Origin: Sedimentisphaerales bacterium
GTDB taxonomy: Bacteria > Planctomycetota > Phycisphaerae > Sedimentisphaerales > SM23-30
Strand: one strand, 5' to 3'
Length of the DNA: 64,000 nucleotides
NCBI GenBank assembly: GCA_963666285.1
Contig: OY762711.1
Made by a program: the position numbers and the translations under genes. The notes beneath the pieces were generated by a model. The model did no database searches. It was not told the DNA's origin and worked only from the letters and a program-made list of their open reading frames with translations. This document shows, in pieces, positions 47,201-53,137 of the stretch (position 1 is its first letter; each line of letters opens with the position of its first letter).

Positions 47201-49546
47201 AGTATTCATAATAACGGTGATATCGACTACTATATGCTGACCTTGCCGGCAAATTCAGATGGTACCGTAACAATTACAGCAACTCCGGATAATTCAAATG
47301 CGTTAGACCTGGAATTGCGTCTGAAAGGCTCTGATGGAACAAATCTTAAATCAGCTGATGCTACATCAGCTGGCGGAGTAGAGACGCTCACTTATTCATC
47401 TTTGGTCGCCGGAGAGAGTTATTATGTTGTCGTCAAAGGCTGGGACACTACAGGTGATTATAAACTCAGTCTAAGTGTGCCGACTTCGGCTGCAGCAGTA
47501 TCTGTTCCAGTTGAAGAAGCAGGTTCCGGTATTGAATTTATCAGTCCGCTGGCTGCGATGACTCCATCTGTTGGATATCTGACATCTACATCTAACGGTA
47601 CAGTTGTAATTGAACAGATTGGCACGGCAAATGATGATTTATTGTCGTTTGGCACTACTTCTTCCGGCAGTACCAGTACCGGTACTGTTTCGATTAGAAA
47701 TACAACGTCTTCTTCTCAGGATTATACTATTGCCGTTACTGGTGATGATGCGTTTACCGTTAGTAGTTCAACAGTTACTATTGCTGCGGGAGCGGCACAA
47801 AATGTTACGGTTAGCTTTACTCCTGATGCGACCGGTTCAGTGTCCGGAACCCTGACTGTTACAGATGGCAGTTCTGTTGATGTTGCTTCAATGCCATTAA
47901 GCGGAACAGGTACGGTGACAGCTTCCAAGCCTGATATTATGCTGGTTGACAGTAGCTCTAATGAGATATCTTCTCTGAAATTCGCTACCACCGAGCCGGA
48001 AGATTTTAGTGAAAAGACTTTCCGTATAAAGAATATCGGCAGTTCGAATCTAACTATTACCTCTGCTGCAATTACCGGCACAAATGCTGATGTCTTTAGT
48101 ATAGTCGGAAATCTTGCCGGCAGAACCGTAGCTAGCGGTACTCCGCTGACAGTAAGGTTGTCATTTGAACCTTTAACAACTGGTAATAAAACTGCGTCAC
48201 TGGTTCTCGTTACCAATGATCCTGATGAACCTGTCGTAACTATTCCGCTAACGGCAACTGCCGGTACTGCCGACTTAACTGTTAGTATTGATGAGCTTGA
48301 CTTTAACAAAGTTATGGTTGACGGTGTTGGCGAGGAGAAAGAAAGCAAGGCTCTTACTCTTACAAATAATGGTAATACAACCTTGAATATTACCTCGTTT
48401 GATTTTGGTAATAGTGATTTCCATGTAACCGATAGCAGCGGTAACACTATTACTTCATTAAATATTTCTGCCGGAAGTTCAACGAAGGTGTTTGTTGTGT
48501 TTGATCCGACTGTTGAAGGCGCAGTTATCGACAGTCTTGAGTTTACTTCCAATGACAATGACAGCCCGATTGTATCCTTGACAGCTGATGGGATAACAGG
48601 TTATACGACCGATCCTGTCAGTGAAGGTGTTCTGTATTTCAATGACTCAGATGGTGATATTTTCAAAATTACCTATAGAACATCAGGAGATATGACATTT
48701 ACGGCAGAGACAGAAGTTGACGATGTGACTCTTGCCGGCTCAAATCTTTCAATTGATGTTTTGGGAGCACTTGGCAGAGGTTCGATAAAGATTACTGATA
48801 CCAATAAGGATGCCGGGGATGGATTTATAAACATTGAAACATTATCTATAGATAATAATTTCAGGCTGATAGACATTCCGGGTACTATAAACGAACTTAC
48901 AATTGATGGTTCGTTAAGCACCCTTAAGGCTGGCTCTGTTGGTATAGTTGATATCGCCGGTCTTGTTAATAAGATGTCATTTACCGAAGATTTGGATACT
49001 GCCGATATTTCTGTTGGCCAGGTCAAGTCTTTTGTCGCTGGTGGAGATATTGTCAACTCAACCCTGGTTTCGATTGGCGGTTCGATAAGTAAGGTTAATC
49101 TGAAAGGTGACACTTCCGAGTTGGATATTTCGTCAGCTGGTGAAATCAAGAGCTTAAAAGTTAAAGGTGATTTTATCGGTGATATTACCGCTGCCGATTC
49201 AATTGGTGCTGCCAGAGTGGGTGGCTCTGTAACCGGTACCAGCTGGTCTGTTACTTCAGACAGTTCAGAGGCTCAGCTGAAATCTCTGCGTGCAAGCGGC
49301 GGTATCAGTATCGACAGCCTCCTGGTTGAAGGGACTTTGAAGAAACTGTATTCAGGCAGCAAAAACGATCCGTTTGGTTTGGCCGGAAGTTTTCGAGCTG
49401 ACAGTATCGGCGTGATTAAGATTTACGGCGATCTTGATGCTGTGATCAGGTCAGATGGGGATATTCGATCATGGTCTCTGACAGGGGGCCATACCGCTGA
49501 TTCGCATATCTATGAAAATGGTGAAGATCTATTAGCCTTGATATAG
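32279..49546 (+). CDS. Giant (~5755 aa) planctomycete extracellular protein with CARDB-like, PPC-like and choice-of-anchor-D/ASH-like Ig repeats
   Basis: RBS GGAGA before ATG 32279; basic N-terminus + LEALEPRVLLA; many DL...V.N.G...FYLS.D...D...E..E.NN units; D.YESNN/D.DYY units; IKNIGSSNLTI/TNDPDEP units. Confidence 0.88.
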   Translation: MSLLRKIRRNILNAKRLTASRHNRIKTKAEKLSRISLEALEPRVLLAADLEASLMPADMLRPDWGDTIDMELNVVNNGTDLTSGTADVAFYMDANGNDTLDIGTDLEITSVTANTSYEPNTPSLPLNFANDNLPSTKELEGVYTLTLPSSGYTDGDYTIFVTVDGTAISDSDTTNNNAQFTIPIGLTAPTGIDVAPKFFDFDALDIMDELKAGTVYPVSIGVQNFGDTATSAAVNVSIFISPDKILTSDSILLTTDGTNPATAATTGALNAGTLEFVSIDVQMPTTNPFGTDEDMYLIAAVDATGISSGTLTGGAETETYESNNYIPAEDELSLVSTSSTSGVDLGAGFLWFGSTYTETVPNFTWGQTTGIPAANVGLYNAGDTDATAFDVEVKISPTEDSSDTNAVSLVSTTGAAVTATSMQYTTETIAPTAVPSTFGDASSPVGWAYAYAYLDVSSTNTDVDAANNISDAAKVWMGSFDGTNPDLSPYELDYTTYDDTGYFHWGDSIEIEGSIANVGTATGAVSSSAPVTVTYYLHDAADITDTASFTPISLGSGTVITDMDSGEIVEIFLHNITVDEPTTPSTDTNPSYQIVMSIDGGTAVATEASTTNNTLALDIAPYDTTLQLDVSTNAPFADWAIPPTMEIYLSGLDGLDLSANSVDVNFYLSSDTTLDTGSDDAVGTYTFNFDTGTNKLIVGGSPLTANYSLDFSGLSSPADGDYTIFATLSSPSGVSFPSTSGITESINMPIGDVTSVTGMDLSGDSVIMPVNSEIYWGGDLDLALIISNIGDTNITSSFDIQAYLSVDNVVDSSDISLGSAVTVSGGINALTTAITAHSVTLPSKTVAETAFGNSYVSNTSQTYQILFALDSGSAITEAYEYDNTFGSSFINIADSATVTPTGIDVAGQHFFSPTLMTSSSPSLEWGGSLTVYANFENIGPSDETAGFSIKYYLSPSASLPTDPTTDSSILELTSADTVASLTSGAVTNASFTAKTLTVPSAPASPSGSYYIIARAANVTSDTATTNNDIIMQKIDGNNMQVAVSAPDLVPDVEKDNPEFDSDVYWKFGGQYTLALDVLNDSSIEVSGSTTANIYISATEPDVSTLTISTLESDTATYTKLTSDQTITFSTGEFESINDVTVTLPSGTGWTDGKYYLIYAVDTGDSEVEVDETNNIEFIGINIASTSPIAGKTDIEMLDMEIEVDNAGDNDLTVLQLAWNTTYTGAAEHMLYNAGDAIASGSPSTFTVDYQLTTDGDYTSGTASLGTSTVTPPVDSLAIFDGTVDIVTPASGTNGIYYVVAKADSAGDITAEQSVDTDNNISDPFPLYIGDWATGVDLAAFTSEISLAGTNIDQDSYVPGDVITVEYQVANVGDTQAQAFTVEFYLSDDATADTGELITPTSTSPSNPGALNGSGSIMNMTATMTVPAPATTSSTGEYYLIVKVVPNGGDTDVTTTNNEILTSINVDLPDLAISSTGEFLLSPTVVDYVWGQTDYDVEIEFSNTGDGDAANFNVRLVLSADSTYDASSDIELSTFTVDKVAAGATYVNVVSIDIPEETSGSGAIPSSLDDNNTSTNTYYILAVLDSGDSSNSYAAELDEISTTNNISTQALTITDSSGITLQSGVADLQVIGGDFEVYNDEVLWGMWVPLEVPVYNDGNTAAGAFNIQFALSADTVWDGSGTDIILTEHYYNNSTANTTSWNVTSLAAGTYYVAEGMVRIPDYDSSYTETSYKIIAKIDSDINSDDSAGTGLGDVDETGYEDNNVTELDSNVTLAQPTTGTTDIIPSLLYPTWNTSSTYVSGSTITVVAGVTNYGDTSADPGTGAINADFYLVPSMTTALVDAAGNISSSAVPLTESSNFVVSINNAKVLPAGTGYEQNMTLTIPNGITAGTYYLAMMVDSTSAITETSNTLVNGEANNYMVVPDNSYAITIGTPQYDLEVADTTAVQFTDGAGTALTGSPVFTSEIGNIGLDITITNNGVSTVSYYTVELGLYSDQALTQLVAGTAKSQSAANLAGNGTATVSINGNTIPADLAAGTYYYGIKLDPSNVVDESGVTGGESNNTIAIPVTIESAAPVYDITIASTSDVQFTDGAGTAMPADPVFMTDMTSIGVSMNIANNGTSTTDPYQVKIGIYSDSALTTPLAGSETTITGITIDGNGTATLSLSSLAIPTITTEGVYYVGITLDVDNELDETQVTDGENNNVIAVPVTFEHPKSDIVMAYFKVADQEQVLEAAPGDTLQVHLELNNESQTAITTPFDVTVDLLDSTGAVVTGASWTQQITVLNSYNEGNNHIDVDFDIMLPFDLDIAGTYTLVAKADSGNVIVEAKEDNNASQEISLTLKNPEVDLFLQPVFIETPPEGKFFWGSELYFNFQLNEFGDSASPQSKAAIYLSSTEGSIEGATLLQELDIPELNPGSFYSAETYIYLPENLDGSMTDGQYYIVVSVDSDDQIDEIINGVSAEDNNIKSAAIEIGSPNIDLEIMQDSSTAGEDFEIMRLVPFDVQMEVFNDSLGVVDTPFVLRAVISQDSIAGNEDDYLLGEITVEHLDPYMSFHDELLVDLPDETVLPDGTYRVIITADANNVIDETYPDGTAAEDNNQSIFYINLVTPDLVEGVDLEAGDFDFEGMTNFNWGETYDVYYGLMNSGLEDAGEFNIKIALSKDNVYDSTNGDYLLADIDVAEGLTSGNVYMNQTTLTFPDNADGSLSDGPYFVIFVIDGDNLVTESVEDNNIINKVISMGNLPNGTDFEVGDVEADTNANYGDSFTIKVPVSNNGAQSAWGQLSVYVSSSPITKANLDQAMMIGSYTLSDDGDFGPGASTTIEVVIDMPTMPQDSAAIEEYYNVLFIVDANNDVEELVENNNSFYHTFILTQEKQADLEAWPVIDSTSGGSYIPGVGEAFDWGDELTLNAYVNNWGDADVADSFKITYYLSSTSPYDANFDSSGLYQLTSKTVSSIDAGVSVQVTGAVVVLPETAPDRFAGVNNLFIVSMVDSADTVEESNEDNNYSDLSLYIGSVPADLSGWISIDPEDGQEYPRYNYLWGETIPVSMNLSNFGGGDAENFTITYYLAEDFNFQNTDGSIDTGKLVEISSQTISLVSAGAGSWNPDTQTETEPVVVSYGLVLPTEKPSGFSDTSFGYNLVAMIDSGDTVTEYDEYWNNITTNYINIEQSISDLISFYVDPIDPATGQFKPDALWSDDTTVRQIQVRGNVENQGNIDVESIKVKFLLADSTGNIGTAYELGAETIENLTAMTGSTELSFTYDIPKPEDVGFVQSGAETGPYTIIMVIDPDDEIDESLEDNNIAMHPLRLTKQTGKVYVSDNIDDPSDKEMDFGKLLVDEIINGIVTIRNDGEGVLTVNEITSSNAAFGISGIQMPITIEPDGYVDINVEVNATDLQPGDIEGTLTIMTDDTRRPDGVVVDLAAEVAQSPFDLELTSVAAEAVDSEAVNDETADAYWGDTLKVDLSAANISDTDTANGVFVDIFLANSYDENADMYMLVEGYSIGDLLASDSTSVSLDIALPAESPFGYSGEIYVVAEIFGGIDDYEPEFDNNVNGSLMRILTKPEGNPDISFSFLNLPEELAPGMEVTVGIGLVNSGKADAEEFSVNIYVSDDSQFDSNDELLETFTVHGLSVDAEKVFDKIFTIPEDAEEGLKYLLVRADSTDVLSEDDETNNQASARFNIEAGPAVDFSITALTVDAELLVNEEFALGVTVANNGDELAEDVDVDFFLYPASSVSGTSTGTFIGSLFIDSIDAGSSVASTFQAFMPGGLVEIGSEYVIVATVDPRSEIEETDETNNSFTSSTVIPTVGSIDLTGQFGEVPAEATWGDGFDVTLTVTNQGEADASAFSVKVVLSADTKIDENDFYLSSWQSGGKAPGESTDTTLWAYLPDYVNLADGNYYVLAKIDNNNKVEETDETNNLVISSAIAVAGKPDLYGYLTDVPESANYGQSITVTDTVSNYGTAAAGEFEVTYYLSDDWEYNAGEDVKLGSRVISSLAAEGENTGSVTLELARPEGWPEEGQVHIVMVVDEANVIDEKYESGLVQADTTVEYSSMPVDILKEGKSDLVGISVGALAAESFEWTTDSANPETINIQYELTNNGTASAENFTISFYLSANTLITADKDYELGSITINTLEAEASLADFAEFVLPESSPTGKDGDFYIGMIIDKGAEVEEIDEQNNTATSTAAVAMGNVVKVDLVANDVYGPESGIVPDESFSVYAGVFNAGTEPSSSFEIDFYLTTSGSIDGTSIKIGSQTMDPVNAGSYSGRTFTFGGLSEDVLDGFVGSNAIFAIDVNPAETGGNHVLEESNYDNNQTSDFASTYISQPVTEDAVAVSFTSAAGLGDLTWGDSVSLSYTVTPISDAPLDVQIILKNSAVGNELVLSSFQLAGGDSDISSSITVTLPDTSPFGHDGNLSLVLAVDPTSTFSEISEANNQLSLPVTVGSGLSDLAAMDISTQPTASAGDSIEIYSGVANYGSIDAYGFEITYYLSSSNTVIDEGNDTMLTSVYISSLAGMEYLWNAPSITIPNDITDGSYYLAMQVDPYDDIEEASETNNVSFSYMPIQIKTTTVSPDSNEPDNQISSATIVTLTDGLSNIIEGTIHQQGNSDFFSFTTPSDANGLAAIEVIPDDYLNVSFTVYNQSGTAISTVDLEPYMGAEEIFTSFNISPGKTYYVEVEGVGSSLGEYELEIMVGTGGTAGDSYESNNTLANAAYIGSEDVTITNVNIHSQTDQDYYMFTVPGDSTGEFEIVAFANPELDLVMRLYDSDGVQIASSDNSAAGSEESLRIDAAAGSVYYVAFSSWAGSTGGYGFDIMYELQDLPDDYESNDTLETAYVLNGDSYIGLFDTNINISTDVDYYSVTVPSGYVSLDLNIYNAVELDSKVSVYSSSGRLLRSADRGGVGEMETLVVDGLTAGQELYIAVSSVDGTTGYYGISGSYSAEAAGDFAEPNESTASAYEIDLTNKVSVSIDKLSIHNNGDIDYYMLTLPANSDGTVTITATPDNSNALDLELRLKGSDGTNLKSADATSAGGVETLTYSSLVAGESYYVVVKGWDTTGDYKLSLSVPTSAAAVSVPVEEAGSGIEFISPLAAMTPSVGYLTSTSNGTVVIEQIGTANDDLLSFGTTSSGSTSTGTVSIRNTTSSSQDYTIAVTGDDAFTVSSSTVTIAAGAAQNVTVSFTPDATGSVSGTLTVTDGSSVDVASMPLSGTGTVTASKPDIMLVDSSSNEISSLKFATTEPEDFSEKTFRIKNIGSSNLTITSAAITGTNADVFSIVGNLAGRTVASGTPLTVRLSFEPLTTGNKTASLVLVTNDPDEPVVTIPLTATAGTADLTVSIDELDFNKVMVDGVGEEKESKALTLTNNGNTTLNITSFDFGNSDFHVTDSSGNTITSLNISAGSSTKVFVVFDPTVEGAVIDSLEFTSNDNDSPIVSLTADGITGYTTDPVSEGVLYFNDSDGDIFKITYRTSGDMTFTAETEVDDVTLAGSNLSIDVLGALGRGSIKITDTNKDAGDGFINIETLSIDNNFRLIDIPGTINELTIDGSLSTLKAGSVGIVDIAGLVNKMSFTEDLDTADISVGQVKSFVAGGDIVNSTLVSIGGSISKVNLKGDTSELDISSAGEIKSLKVKGDFIGDITAADSIGAARVGGSVTGTSWSVTSDSSEAQLKSLRASGGISIDSLLVEGTLKKLYSGSKNDPFGLAGSFRADSIGVIKIYGDLDAVIRSDGDIRSWSLTGGHTADSHIYENGEDLLALI

Positions 49547-49573
49547 CATTATAATAAGTGAAGGTTGAACAAT

Positions 49574-49610
49574 AAAAAAAGTGTGGTAGACAATCTGCCA
49601 CACTTTTTTG
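49574..49610. terminator. Bidirectional terminator between convergent genes
   Basis: AAAAAAAGTGTGGTAGA-caa-TCTGCCACACTTTTTT. Confidence 0.88.
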
Positions 49611-49635
49611 TTTATACACATTGAGTTAGCTTGCT

Positions 49636-52416
49636 CTATTTTGGGCAGCTATCTATCGGCAGCCTGTTACAGGTCAGCCATTCAGCGGCAAGTTCTGCCA
49701 GATCTGTTATGTCGACTGTGCTTGCCCATGCTTTACTGAATGCCGCAAAGTCGAAGATATCTACCAGGCAGTTGTTGTCGAAGTCAGCAGGTATCTGCTC
49801 CCGACAGGCATAATCAGACAGTCCCAGCCCATTATAGATTTCGGTAATTTGATCCTGGCTAAGTGCATAGTCGTAGATACGAAGATCATCTATCGATACA
49901 TTGTCAAGCACTCCGTCAGCGATGTATAGCGGTTCGGTCTGGCTTATGGCTCCGGTATCATCTGTAGCGGTATCAATAAGTATGCTGTCGGCGTATAGCC
50001 TGATTTCGTTTGCTGTTGTATCTCGAACAGCAGCAATATGCACCCAGTTGCCGGTAAAGAAAGTGTTGTCATCTACCTGTATCTGGGATTTAGATGAATT
50101 GTCGTCAATTGCAAAACGGAAACTGTTATTCTTGCGATATAACTCATATCTCCTGCCAGAACCGGGAAATGCTCCGGCTCCGATGGTGCCTTTAATCAGC
50201 AGCTCGTATTGGCCATCCCATGAAGTCGGCTGAATTGCCCATAACGATACAGAAAAATCTTCATCGTCAAAATCAATCTTGTCAGAACTTGGCACATGTA
50301 CCCGTCCGCCATTAGCGGCAAATGCAAGGCTGCTGCCGTATTTGCCAGGTATCCATGCCGGCATTGTTGAACCTTCAAGCGTACCTTCCAGCTCAGATGC
50401 TCCATTTACGGCATAAATGGTAGTGCCACTTGCCTCGTTAAGCGGCCAGTATGCAATTGGAGCATTTACAACCAATGGGTCATATGTCGTTGCTTCTGCT
50501 GGTTCAGACCATTCGGTTTCATTCTGGTTCGGGCTTTTATCCCGGGCTTTTACCCGGTATGAGTATAAAGTTGCCGGTTCGAGATCAATATCGGTAAATA
50601 CCGGGCTATCCTGCCAGCCTGAATCATGGCCGGGAACAGTTATGTTGGTGAAATAGTATTCAACGCCGCTGATATCAGTTGCCTCGGCTGCTGTCATTGT
50701 GATAGAAACCGTGCTGAGTGTTTCTGGTAGTGTTTCCCATGTCAGTGGGTTTGGTGCAGGCCCGGTCCGGTCATCATTTGTTGTTGCTGAGGCCGGGGAC
50801 GATTCTGCTGTTTCGTTTTGAGAGACACTGGTATCCCTGGCTTTGACTGTATAAGTATATGTTGTGCCCGGGACAAGGTTGGTGTTTGTATAAGTTGTGC
50901 CGCTTTGCCAGCCCGAATCATTACCGCCGCCTGAAGTGCAGGTGAAATAATATAATACGCCGGTATTATCATCTGTTGCTGTGGCTGCTGTCATAGAAAT
51001 ACTAATTTCATCAACTGCATGAGGCAGCACATCAAAATACATCGGGTCAGGACTTGGCCCGACAATATCAGAAGGTTCGGTAAGCGAGTTCAGGTATACT
51101 TCCAGATTGGTGAAGTCGCTGCTTAAATCATAACCGTTTCGGTCGTCGGCATTACCGGAATTAAGCCCCTTGGTATTTTCCCAGCTGTCCGGCATGCCAT
51201 CATGGTCGCTGTCTGACGGAGCTGGTGACGAATTTAGTGTCGGCCAGCCGCCTTCAGGTTGATCGTCGGTCGAAGAGATAGAACTGCCGGTTCCGTTTTT
51301 TACATCATTGATAATTCTGGTATCTATTATGTCTCTTGTCGGGAAACTTGCCCCGGCCTTTTCCAGTACATCTTCCAGGGCCTGGGCTGCCGAAGTTGTT
51401 GTTACCGGGTTCATCGGAATCTCATATGAACGGGCTTTATATTCAGTAATTTCTGTTGACGAGGGGCCGTTAAACCGTACCAGGCTCCACTGGTCGGCAG
51501 GAACACTAATACTGTTGTAGGTATGACCATAAGCATTATCAGCCCAGTATGCATAACAATCGGGACAGTTTTCCTTAAACATATAACCGGTAAAATTCGA
51601 TTCCGGGCCGACGATACAGACATTAGCTATGAAATTATAACGGGTTGTTGTGCTGCTGTCAGCATTATATCCCGGCTGATCACCTTTCCAGTTATACATC
51701 ACATTATTACGAAAGTCAAAATGCAGCCCTTCCGGGTCTTTACTTGTGCTGGTATAGTTTCCGGGACGCGGGTTGCGGTTGTTGTTATGGGCGTAAAGGT
51801 TGTGGTGGTAGGATTTCTCTTCGCCATATTCACCTCTGATAAGTGAGCCGTAGCTGTGTCCTTCAAATGTTAGTGCTTCACTCATAATACACCATTGAAC
51901 TGTCACCTTGTCAGAGCCGTCCTGGCATGAAATTGTCTCGTCTCGTGCATAAGAGCCGCTTACATGGTCGATTATAATATTATGCCCGGAAGCAATATCA
52001 ATTGCATCACCACTGGAATTTGCTGCTCCTTCGTCAACTCGAACACGAATGTATCGAATGACAACATCATTAACACTGCCTATGTAGATACGACCTTTAA
52101 TGCATATTCCATCGCCAGGTGCGGTTTGACCGGCAATCGTGGTATATGATTTAGGTTTGAGTATGACATCTCCAAGTTCAATTGTTCCTGATACCCTGAA
52201 AACGATTGTTCGATTGCCTGAACTTACAGCGTCGACTATTGAGCCTGTGCCGCTGTTATTCAAATTGGTTACTTCATAGACATCGCCGCCGCGACCGCCT
52301 GCGGCATACATGCCTGAACCTTCGGCTCCGGGAAAAGCAATTGGCTCTGCAAATATTACAGATGGTATGCATAACAGCAGAGTCGTAATTGTTATTGATA
52401 AGAATATGTTTTTCAT
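49636..52416 (-). CDS. Secreted PL1 pectate lyase with two FN3-like repeats, LamG domain and dockerin-like C-terminus
   Basis: AFPGAEG.G....GGRGG, TIAGQTAPGDGI, IIDHVS, RNPR, DSDHDGMPD.WE; repeated YYF....DSGWQ....YTVKARD; WVHIAAV..DDLRIY; DFDNNCLVDIFDF. Confidence 0.9.
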   Translation of the reverse strand: MKNIFLSITITTLLLCIPSVIFAEPIAFPGAEGSGMYAAGGRGGDVYEVTNLNNSGTGSIVDAVSSGNRTIVFRVSGTIELGDVILKPKSYTTIAGQTAPGDGICIKGRIYIGSVNDVVIRYIRVRVDEGAANSSGDAIDIASGHNIIIDHVSGSYARDETISCQDGSDKVTVQWCIMSEALTFEGHSYGSLIRGEYGEEKSYHHNLYAHNNNRNPRPGNYTSTSKDPEGLHFDFRNNVMYNWKGDQPGYNADSSTTTRYNFIANVCIVGPESNFTGYMFKENCPDCYAYWADNAYGHTYNSISVPADQWSLVRFNGPSSTEITEYKARSYEIPMNPVTTTSAAQALEDVLEKAGASFPTRDIIDTRIINDVKNGTGSSISSTDDQPEGGWPTLNSSPAPSDSDHDGMPDSWENTKGLNSGNADDRNGYDLSSDFTNLEVYLNSLTEPSDIVGPSPDPMYFDVLPHAVDEISISMTAATATDDNTGVLYYFTCTSGGGNDSGWQSGTTYTNTNLVPGTTYTYTVKARDTSVSQNETAESSPASATTNDDRTGPAPNPLTWETLPETLSTVSITMTAAEATDISGVEYYFTNITVPGHDSGWQDSPVFTDIDLEPATLYSYRVKARDKSPNQNETEWSEPAEATTYDPLVVNAPIAYWPLNEASGTTIYAVNGASELEGTLEGSTMPAWIPGKYGSSLAFAANGGRVHVPSSDKIDFDDEDFSVSLWAIQPTSWDGQYELLIKGTIGAGAFPGSGRRYELYRKNNSFRFAIDDNSSKSQIQVDDNTFFTGNWVHIAAVRDTTANEIRLYADSILIDTATDDTGAISQTEPLYIADGVLDNVSIDDLRIYDYALSQDQITEIYNGLGLSDYACREQIPADFDNNCLVDIFDFAAFSKAWASTVDITDLAELAAEWLTCNRLPIDSCPK

Positions 52417-53137
52417 TAATTTCTTCTCCTGATGATTAAAATCACTGTATCATTCGCACTTTAAAAAGGCAATGTGGCCACTTTTGTAAAACTTAGCGGC
52501 ATAAAATTATTGTATGCTTGTATTAACTATAGAAGATATCTTTAGAAATGTAACCAGATCTCCTTTTCCAATCCTAATTATTCATATGTGTCAATTTCTA
52601 TTCTATGACTAACGCTCTCAATATGGCAATTTTCGTAGAATCTAGTCTGCTGAACCGGATAAAACGATAATTGATTCAAAATAACATGATGTATAAAAGA
52701 TAATACTATTATCGCAAATTGATACCGGAATAAAAAGACCATTTCATGAAAAACAAAACATGGTTTTGCGCAATATAATGGTATGGTACTTAAAATGCAA
52801 AACTACTCAAATTTATAATGTAAGTCCTTTTCGTGCCAATATTAGTGTCAAGATTGGCACTGTTATATTTCAGCAATTGAAATGTTTTTATTTATTATGC
52901 TACTCAATGTGACCGCTTATACCGATTTAGTTGCTGCCGGCATTGAAACCGAATACATGAAAATCTGTCAGGATAATTGTGGCTTGCGGTATGGTGTACT
53001 TAGTATTTACCATGCACTAAGGGTTTATGTTTGGATTTTAAGGGAGGGAGATGTTTGTTTTAATATTATGTGGAATTGTATCGAACAAAAAGTCCTTTTA
53101 TTAATCCATTTTATTCTTATTAAAACATTGGAATTGT

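Noticed and set aside
47722..49149. Long antisense ORFs (278 aa, 158 aa) inside the giant gene, and similar ones in fliC, flgL and top6B
   Set aside because: Shadow frames caused by codon bias of the sense gene; no RBS or protein-like motifs
52834..52860. GTGCCAAT/ATTGGCAC inverted repeat as sigma54 promoter(s)
   Set aside because: TGGCAC present but no -12 TTGC/TTGT at the right spacing on either strand; may be an operator but unsupported
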